Positions 54,913 through 64,000 of a DNA stretch of 64,000 nt are shown here, in pieces; within the stretch, counting starts at the first letter, position 1; each line of letters opens with the position of its first letter. The notes under the pieces are model-generated. The model made no database searches. It saw only the letters and a program-made list of their open reading frames with translations, and was not told the origin of the DNA. The DNA is taken from assembly GCA_013239625.1 (NCBI GenBank), contig MU055922.1:8150080-8214079 (forward strand), written 5' to 3'. This DNA comes from Lama guanicoe. Lineage: Eukaryota. A program made the position numbers and the translations under genes.

Positions 54913-55634
54913 TAGGTTATAGATAATCAGACCATAGATAATATATGACATATATTACATATATAGTACATACATTATAGCTATCAAGAGCTGTAGAATC
55001 ATACAAACAAACGGGACTGTGGAGAGTACATAACCAATTCCCTCATTTTAAAGATGAGGAAACTGAGGCTAGTCCTGAGTTGACTGATAAGTGACAGATC
55101 TGGGACACACACTTAAGTCTCTTTGCTTCCAGCCCTGGGTTCACTGAAAAACACAAATGCTTCACAATACAGTTCTATATTATAAAAGCCTCTTATGATT
55201 TCTTACTATAATTCAAAACTTCAACTTTTCAGGATAGTCTATGTGCTCTCTATCCATGGCCAAACATAATTATATTTCTGAATATAGATAATCTACTATA
55301 CTACCCCTGGCATGTGACAGGTACTCAATACATGTTTTTTGAAGAGAAGAGTTACTAAAACAATACAGCTAAAAAAAAACCCTGTAAATGGTGCAGCTTG
55401 GATCTCCAGTGATTGTGTGATTTCAGTTTTGAAATGAATTTTTCAAGTCACAAAAATATTACTGCTTTCCCTATCACCAATTACTAAATTCTAGAAATCT
55501 CACTGAGGGCAATCTTTACAATTCCCACAATAGTGCCTCAAATGTAACTGCTCAACGTTCATCTTCTGATGTATACATAAGTATAACTACATATTTGTAA
55601 GTATAAATATACATGCTGCAAATATAATTCGAGG

Positions 55635-56090
55635 TATCACCTGCTAATTGCCCCTAAATATGCTTTCTCCCCTTCTTTTTTAGTAATATATTTTTAGCTG
55701 GGTACATGGCCTTCAGCTAAAGTCTACCCTGCAAGTCTTCCTTACAGCTTGGTATGGCAGGTGACAAACTGTGGCCAATGGAAGTAGAAGAATCAATAAA
55801 TGAAACTTCCTTCAAAGGAAGAAGCATGATCTCCCCTTTCCATTTCACCTTTCCCTCCAACTGGAATACGGACCTAGAAAATGTGGTGGTGAGTGTATTC
55901 AGTCATGAAGATGAAGGCAGCATCCTTGAAGATGGTAGAGTAACAACATACAAGAGTTTGGGTTCCTGAGTTTAATGTAGCCATTACATATAATTTGGAC
56001 TGCTCAGACTGTTACTGATAGAGAAAATGAAGATCTTTCTTGTTTAAGCCACTGTCTGTTTAGCTCTACTTGGTAATCTGTATTTTAATA
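55635..56090 (+). mobile_element. Old MLT1 MaLR LTR
   Basis: tttttagctgggtacatggcc...tggccaatggaagtagaag...cttgtttaagccactg. Confidence 0.75.
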
Positions 56091-56243
56091 CAACAAATAC
56101 TACATTTTTATGGTATAATTTGTTCTTTTTTCTCAGTTTTGATCTTTTTGCCCTCTGGACTTACATCTGGCCTATGAATATAAAATTTTGTTTAGCTCCT
56201 GTATCGCTCTCTTCAGTGATGCCTAAGTGTTATAAAGTTCTTT

Positions 56244-56845
56244 TGTTGCGGAAAAATGTGTTACAGCTCAGTGTTACAGCTCAGTTGTGACAGCAACCTG
56301 GATTTGGGTGAGAGACCAAGCAGCACTCAGAGAGTTGGAAAACTCAGGTTTATTATGCCAGCAGGCCCAGAGGATTTAACATTCCAAGCTCTGGACCCTG
56401 TCTGTAGGTTTACATAGGCCTTTATAGGCTGCCAGTTTTATACTTTGCAACATCATATGCAAATAAAGTACAACAGAAGTTGACCAACTAGGAACAAGCT
56501 TTGTAGAAATAGACCAATCAAGAGTGAGAGAAATAACCAATCAGGAGTGAGGGGAATGGACCAATCAGGAGTGAGCTCCATGCAAATGACGTACTACAAA
56601 TGGACCAATCAGAAGTTAGGGAAGTGGGCCAATCAGAAGTGAGACTAATAACCAAACAGGAGTGAAGGAAATAACCAATCAGAAGTGAGCTCAGGGAACC
56701 AATAGAATTTTAGGGGTAAGTAAGCCATTTCAGAGGCAAAAAGTGAGATAGAGTCTCTCGGCCAGGGAACCGGATGGTGCTGGCAGGAGAGTAGTGTCCC
56801 TGCCTGGGGGATCCTGCCGGTCTTTTTACGGGGCTTCCCACCTCA
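56244..56845 (-). mobile_element. ERV1-type solo LTR (602 bp) with a CCAAT tandem array, sense to RABGAP1L
   Basis: TG...CA ends with 4-bp flanks cttt/attt. In minus-strand order: CCAAT array, TATAAA (56426-56421), AATAAA (56354-56349). Confidence 0.85.
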
Positions 56846-56934
56846 ATTTCAGGTCCCGTCACTGACTAGACTGGATGACAAAGCAAGAAGGTAAGCTCAG
56901 ATATATTACCATGAACGTCTTAAAAATTTAGCCA

Positions 56935-58215
56935 GGTGAGTATAGATGTATAGATTAATGGAATAGAATTGAGAGTCCAGAAACAGACCCTTACATTTAC
57001 AGTCAATAGTTTGACAAATTTTCCAAGGAAATTTGATAGGGTTTTTTTTTTTTTTAGTCAAGAAATAGTGCTGGGACAATGGATATCACTAAGTGGGGGA
57101 AAAAAAAAAGATATGTAGACTCTTATCTAATACCCCTCCATCCAAGAGATAAAAGCAACATAGATCAAATACCTATATGTAAGAGCTAAAACTAAAAAAT
57201 ATTTAGAAGTAAACCTAGGAAAAAAATCTTTCTGTTAGATTGGGCAAAGATTTCTTACATATGACACCCCAGGCATAATCCATTTTCCATTTTAGGAAAA
57301 AATGGTAAATTAAAAACTTGCTCTTCAAAGGACATCATTAAGAAAGTTAAAACAAAAGTCATATATTGGGAGAAAATATCTATAAATCATGTATCAGATA
57401 AAGGACTTAGCTCCAGAACATATAACTCTCACAACTCGAGAAAACAAATAATCCAATTAAAAAACAGAAAAAATTTCTGAACACTTTACCAAAGAACTAC
57501 AAACAGCTAATAAGCACATGAAAAGATGTTCAACATCATTAGGAAAATGTAAGTAAAAACTACAAATGAACTACTACTGCATTCCACTAGAATGGTCTAT
57601 AATGAAAAGGGCTAGTAACATTAAGTGCTGTTGAAGAAATGGAGAAATTGGAATCCTTGAATACTGCTGGTGGGAATGTAAAATGGTAGAGCCACTATGG
57701 AAACCAGTTTGGTAGTTTTCTAAAAAAATTAAACACAGACTTACTATACCAATCATCAATTCCACTCCTAGGCATCCACCCAGGAAAAATGAAAACTTAC
57801 GTTCACATAAAAACCTGTCAAGGAATGCCCATAGGAACATTACTCATAGGAGCTTAAGACTGAAACAAGTAAAAAGTCCACCCACTAGTAAACAGATAAA
57901 CAAAACGTGGTATCAGTGCCATGGAATATTATTATGCAACAACAGGAACAAGTGACTGATATAAACAATAGCAGAGATGAACCTCAAGATCAACCTCAAA
58001 ATCATGCTGAGTGAAAGAAACAGGCACAAAAGACTAGACACTGTTAAATTCCATTTATATAAAATTAACGGAGAATGACAATCTACAGAAAGCAGATTAT
58101 GATTGACTGGGTCTGGGGGTGAGATGGGGACTGACTGCAAATGATGAGGGAAATTTTGGGAGTGCTAGAAGTATTCTAAAGCTGAGTGTGGTGATGGATG
58201 TACAAGCCTGTAAAT
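56935..58215 (+). mobile_element. L1M ORF2 end and 3'UTR relic
   Basis: aatggaatagaattgagagtccagaaa...ctgctggtgggaatgtaaaatggta...aaaatcatgctgagtgaaagaa. Confidence 0.9.
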
Positions 58216-60346
58216 AATTATCCTGAGTTTCAACTGGGCTCATGGATACTCATCTAAAGATTATCTTTCCCAGTCTTCCCCCATAGCTTGGTGACACCAT
58301 ATGAATAAGTCTGGCAAAGGTGATGTATGCATTTTGTACCAGTGCTCTTAAAAGAGAAGACATGTGTCCTCCCCTTTCTTTCAACTACTGGCATTGGGAT
58401 GGCAAAAGCTCTAACAACTCCTTGGACCCAGAGATGGAAGCAGCTTATGAGCATGGCAGAGCCCTCCTACGAGTCTTGGACCTCTCAATCTTGGGCTGTT
58501 ATGTGAGAAAACCACTGGATTCTAGGATAGTACAATTACATTTTTAGAAAATGAGGAATGGAGTTCACCATTCAACATTTGTTAACTGTGAAGTATCTTA
58601 AGCAGCAGCTATCTTTATGAATGGTTTGCAGACCAGCAAGAAGAATGTTCTTATCTAATTACAGAAGAATTTATGCAACAACTTCTGTTAGTTTTCAATA
58701 TTTAAGATCTTAAACACTGTAGATAAATATGCTGGGAAATCTATCCTGGACACTGGTATATATCTGAAGTGTATGTATTGAAAGAGTGTTCCAGAAAGTT
58801 ATTTATAGCTTTATTTATGTATAGCTTGCTTCTCTCTTTTAGGTGTCAATACACATTTTCTGAAACAATGTATCATCAGTCTTTTACAAATTTACTGGCA
58901 TTAAAATAGTGCTAAGTAAACATCTGTCTTTTCTCTTTTTCTTATAGTTACTACAATGAAACTTTAAGATAGTTAAATAGTACAAAAACCCTTTTTAGGA
59001 AAGCTCACTAATATAAAGAAGGTAGGTACTTCCTTACCTGTCACCTGACTTAACATAGAATGGTGACAGGTAATCAACCTGGAGAGAGCTGAAGGTCAGA
59101 AGGCAATCATTAATCCTATAGAAGTTGCAGGGTTAATAAACTTTGTAAAATTTCCACAAAGTAAGGGTTTGGTAAACATATTTACCTTAACAGGAAGATT
59201 ATATTTTAAAAACAGGTATGTTGTCCTTCAGGCAAGACAAGAGAAGCCGCCTGTCCTAACTGACAGTCCACAGGGACAAACCTTTTATCTCTAAACACAA
59301 GATTTAGTGCTGCTACCTTACTCATAAGGCAACGATGTGCAAGTCAAAACCTCTGGGGAAAACAATGAGCATCCTTAGTTTCTTAGACATTTTCTCACAT
59401 GTCTCTTGTAAATAAGCATGCAGAGCACACTGTGAATCAACCTCTATTTAGAGCCAATGGTATCTGTGTTATATACATTAGAGATGCACGCTTTCACCAA
59501 GTGCCAGGCAATAGTTAAATTTTGAATTACTGTGCGGCTTACTGGGTATACCAGATGACAATGAAAACAATCACAGTCAGAAGTTGCTGTCATTAAAATG
59601 ACATATATTTCAGTTATTTTCACCATTTTCTACATTAAAAAAGCTAAAAACATACAGACTATAAATATCTGAGATAAATTTTGTTCTTAAATGAATCCTT
59701 TCTCGAAAAATCTAGAAAAGACCAGAATTCACAGTTAACTTCAACTGATACTACATGACTTAACTCTTAGATCGATACATCTTTTCCGTAAGAAGTAACC
59801 TTATCTGATTAGACAGCTAGTGCCGTCCCAAACAGATTCAGTTTGTGCCCTACTTAGCGGTACTTGTTTATACTTTGTTTTTTAATACACTTCTAGATGT
59901 GGGCGTGTTCTTTTCTGAGAATACTGAAACTCCTTGAGATCAAAGACCACGTGTTTGGTTTTTTTGATATCTCTCGTAATACGGCATGGTACATACACCC
60001 TTGCCACTTATAAATGTACAGCTCCAGCTTGTATAAAGATGAAACAAGTATCCAGTCCTCTGGGTTACTTTTCCAGGGGCAATGGATGTGAGCTGGAATG
60101 TTCATGTTCTCTTGCCTGTTCCCTTTTGTGAGATAAATACGAGAGGCTACTGGCAGAGAAAAGTAGTAAAATCCACAGAGCAGGACACACGCATCTGTGT
60201 CGTATGGATACGGAGCATATGAGCCAGCACCATATTAACACCTGCCGGCTGTGGACAACGCCACTGACCCATCTTTTATGTATTTTATTTTATCAAACAG
60301 TCAGTTCATGAAAGCATAGATGCTTAGCCAATTCAATTTATATTTT

Positions 60347-60490
60347 TAATTTTTTTTTTATTTTTATTGTTTTTGTTGGGGAGGAGGTAATTAGGTTTAT
60401 TTGTTTATTTTTAATGGAGGTACTGGGGATTGAACCCAGGACCTCCTGCATGCTAGGCATGCACTCTACACTGAGCTATACTCTCCCCCC
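60347..60490 (-). mobile_element. tRNA-Ala-derived camelid SINE (Vic-1 type)
   Basis: Homologous to 43714-43867; perfect 14-bp TSD tcaatttatatttt (60333-60346 and 60491-60504). Confidence 0.92.
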
Positions 60491-61386
60491 TCAATTTATA
60501 TTTTAAATTTTTGTAAGTAAAAACACCAAATCTTACCTATTTACTCATTTGACCTACAAAGCAAAAACGGGGCCGCCAAGAGTAGGAGCTACTGTGAATA
60601 ACAGTGTCAGAGACACAGCAAGAAGAGGAAGTTTCCAAACTGAGCACAGCCCCCTGTATGACTCTGAGCCTCGTCAGCACATCACGGATGCTCCAGGGAG
60701 AAAACTGGAAGATCTGGAGTAAAACACCTCCTGGTTCTGGTAGCAGTTTAAAACTCACTGTCTCCACTGTCATCTGTATCTCTGTTTTACCTCATTAAGG
60801 CAAACACAGTCTGATGCCTGGAAGTCGTAAAGGTCTCTTACTGTTTAGTCACATGTCTCTATATTCAGCAGTTCAGAAGAATCATAGGAGCAAAAAGGCA
60901 GCTTTGATTTTTATAATAAATGATGACTCAGTTACATAATAAGAGTATCTGAATGGGCTATTTTCAACGTCTTGAAATCAAAGAAGATAGGTGGTATCAT
61001 TACTAAGTAGATAATATGCTTACAAAATTTACTGTCAGTCTTGCAAGTACCTTCTCAGATTCTATAAACATTAGTTAAAAATCTCAAAATATTCTTCACA
61101 GGTAAATGGGAACTTTTTTCACAAAAAGATAAAGCTTAGAGAAGGTAATAAAACTATCCAACTCATACAAACTTGCATTTAATTTAGCTACTATATTATT
61201 CTACATGTATTCAATTGAGTAGTTCGTACTCTTATTATTAAATTACATAAAGGCATGATTTCTTAAATAGATGTTTTTATGAATTTTATGGTGCTTTATG
61301 CCAAGTATAAGTATCTTTGACACAAGAACAAAACAGTAAGTTAGACCACAAAATGAAAAACTTTTGGGCAAATAACATCAAGAAAG

Positions 61387-61578
61387 NNNNNNNNNNNNNN
61401 NNNNNNNNNNNNNNNNNNNNNNNNNNNNNNNNNNNNNNNNNNNNNNNNNNNNNNNNNNNNNNNNNNNNNNNNNNNNNNNNNNNNNNNNNNNNNNNNNNNN
61501 NNNNNNNNNNNNNNNNNNNNNNNNNNNNNNNNNNNNNNNNNNNNNNNNNNNNNNNNNNNNNNNNNNNNNNNNNNNNNN
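61387..61578. other. Assembly gap (192 N)
   Basis: N run. Confidence 1.
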
Positions 61579-62345
61579 GTCAACATGATTAGTCATCATA
61601 AGGAAATGCAAATCAGAACATGAGATACAACTTCACACACACAAGGGTGACTAGAATAAAAACAAAATAAAAACAAAGAACCAGGAAAGTATTAAGAGTG
61701 TTGGTGAGCCAGGGGAGAAATTAGAACTTTCGCACATTGCTGGTGGGAATGCAAAGTGATTCAGCTACCATGGAAAACAGCATGGTGGTTCCTTAATTAA
61801 GTAAAATCTAGACTTATCATATCAGCAAGCAATTCCACTCCTAGGTAGATACCTGAAAGAACTAAAAACAAGTACTCAAACATATTTGTACACTCACGTT
61901 CATTAACAGCATTATTCACAATAGCCAAAATGTGGCGACAATCCACACGTCCAACAACAGGTGAATGAAGAAACAAAATGTGTTCATACAGTATATACAC
62001 ACAATTAGAATGTGTTCNNNNNNNNNNNNNNNNNNNNNNNNNNNNNNNNNNNNNNNNNNNNNNNNNNNNNNNNNNNNNNNNNNNNNNNNNNNNNNNNNNN
62101 NNNNNNNNNNNNNNNNNNNNNNNNNNNNNNNNNNNNNNNNNNNNNNNNNNNNNNNNNNNNNNNNNNNNNNNNNNNNNNNNNNNNNNNNNNNNNNNNNNGC
62201 AAGGAGGGGAATGGGGGAAGAAGTGCTTAATGGGTACAGAGTTTCTGTAGGGGGAGAGGGTGGGTAAAAGTGTTTTGGAAATAAATAGTGGTAAATATAA
62301 TTAATGTCACTAATTTGACCTAAGAATGACATACTGAAAAATCAG
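61579..62345 (+). mobile_element. L1MB-type 3' relic spanning a gap
   Basis: cattgctggtgggaatgcaaa...gcaattccactcctaggta...taatgggtacagagtttctgt. Confidence 0.88.
62018..62198. other. Assembly gap (181 N)
   Basis: N run. Confidence 1.
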
Positions 62346-63309
62346 TTAAAACCTTTAGGCGTCTCTTCAAAGTCAAGACACCTAGGAGCTTTAATTACTT
62401 TTATTTTTCGAACAGGTATTCAGTATTCTTCAAATCAATTGTGTGTTCATCAAAACATGTAATGAATTAAAGATCCCAAAATAAAACTCTTAATTATGGA
62501 GTCAAAGTTCATATAATTTAACTTCCTATCTGATGCTGGAATTTCCTCAGTAATATCCCTGAGTGACTACATAGTGCTTAAAAGTACGCAGTCATTTACT
62601 GAACCACCTACAGGCATTCAGAGGAACGTATTAACCTGCTAGTGAACAGTTCTAATTGTTAGTTTTGTTTTTTTCACTTCTGAGTTGAAATCTGTATCCC
62701 CAGCAGCCTGTACTTGTTAATCATGATTCTGCCTTTTACTCCCACTGTCACACCACATTCCTTCAGAAATAGGAAGCCTATCATTACTGTACCTCCAAAA
62801 CTTCCGTGTCCCAGCAAGCACTACTTCCCTTGCGACAGGACTTCAGGTCAGTTTTACCAGCCTGAACCTCCCCCCTGGCTACATGCCAAGTGTTTGAGTA
62901 TCATGGCATCCATTATCATGATTTCCTTCTCATTCATTTTCCACATTTAAACATTTTTTCCATAATACCATTATATTACTTTTATGATGACAAAATTAAA
63001 TTTTTTTAAAAAACAGTCTCATCATAGGAGTCATTAGAGTACTTTCTGTAAAATACTGACTAAAGTATGCTCCATAACAAAATTTATATTCCAATCTGAA
63101 AGGAAGAAGAGCAGAGCAGAGCAGATGAGAAATACTGTGTTATTACTTCCTTGTAGACGTGATACTTTCAGGATGTTCACACGCACATTAGAGATCTCTG
63201 ATCGGAAAGAGCTAACCTGAGTTTCTCACTATAAAGATGAGAAAATTTAGAACTAGAAGGGTCACATGAATCGCCAAGTTAAAATCATTAGCCTAGTGTT
63301 TTGACAGCG

Positions 63310-63895
63310 CCATAGAAATGATGTTTTCCTGGCTTAAAACCTCTACACCGCTGTCCATCACCCTTTGCATGGAGGCTAATTTCCTTAACAGAGATCTCAG
63401 AGCTCTACATGATCAGGTCCCACTATCTTCTCTAGCTTAATTTCGAGCCATTCCTTGCTCCCCTCACCCGACACTCTATGGTCCATTTATTTAATTTCTT
63501 TAAGTTCTTCTGCTCATTTCTGAGACTTGAAATATATTTTCTCCTCTTACTGGAACACTCTTCCCTTACCTCCATTCTCTTCAGTTGACTAAATCCTAGT
63601 CATCCCTCAGGTCTCCCCTCACCCCTAACTAAGGCTAGTTCTCCCTGTATGACCCCACAGAACCTAGGCCCCCTATTTGGATTAGATCCCCGTATAAATC
63701 CCCACAGGACTCAGGTCTCCCTCTCTTCATAAAACTCATAACCTTTCTTGGTGATTGACTGTTTAATGTCTATCCTGCCTATCAGATGGTACACCCTGTG
63801 GAGGCGGAAACCTCCTTTACTTGGCTCTCCTGTAGCTTAGCACCAACATTACTACCATTATGGGGTGCAAAGTGCATACTTAGTAAATATTCAAT
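63310..63895 (+). mobile_element. L2 3' fragment
   Basis: gcttaaaacctc...ctggaacactcttccc...acttagtaaatatt. Confidence 0.7.
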
Positions 63896-64000
63896 TTTAT
63901 AAAGGTTTAAGTTGGCTTGTAATGGCTAAAAATATCTACTAAAATGCTGTTAACATGCTACACTGCACAGAATTCTTTTGGATTCGAATCTCACATACCA

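Noticed and set aside
56505-56705. Regularly spaced repeats resembling a CRISPR array
   Set aside because: Eukaryotic context, no unique spacers and no cas genes; it is an LTR U3 tandem array.
61317-62332. ORFs containing X runs (also 24673-25014)
   Set aside because: Artefacts of translating through N gaps.

Overview
Mammalian genomic DNA, most likely a camelid: it carries two tRNA-Ala-derived Vic-1-type SINEs and no Alu, B1 or Bov-A. The whole window lies inside the 3' half of RABGAP1L on the minus strand. Four phase-0 coding exons of the C-terminal coiled-coil region are present (22113-22205, 12009-12119, 5410-5514, 2997-3080). There is also an alternative terminal exon encoding FVYL* with its own poly(A) signal (about 21625-21922) and an internal alternative first exon encoding MIENGSWSMTFKE (15691-15729). 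Positions 22206-64000 are one large intron rich in L1, L2, MIR, MaLR/ERVL/ERV1 LTRs and hAT/Tigger relics, with three assembly gaps. Nearly all ORFs in the supplied track are spurious. I see no convincing wholly new system. The best leads are (1) a candidate 41-nt poison exon whose 5' splice site is locked in a perfect 12-bp hairpin (59034-59078), (2) a sense-oriented solo LTR with a periodic CCAAT array and a nearby splice donor (56244-56845), and (3) a poly(A)-site-then-internal-promoter layout that can split the gene into GAP-only and coiled-coil-only transcripts. Gene and repeat-family names come from recall, not from searches; repeat boundaries are approximate unless a TSD or TIR is given.
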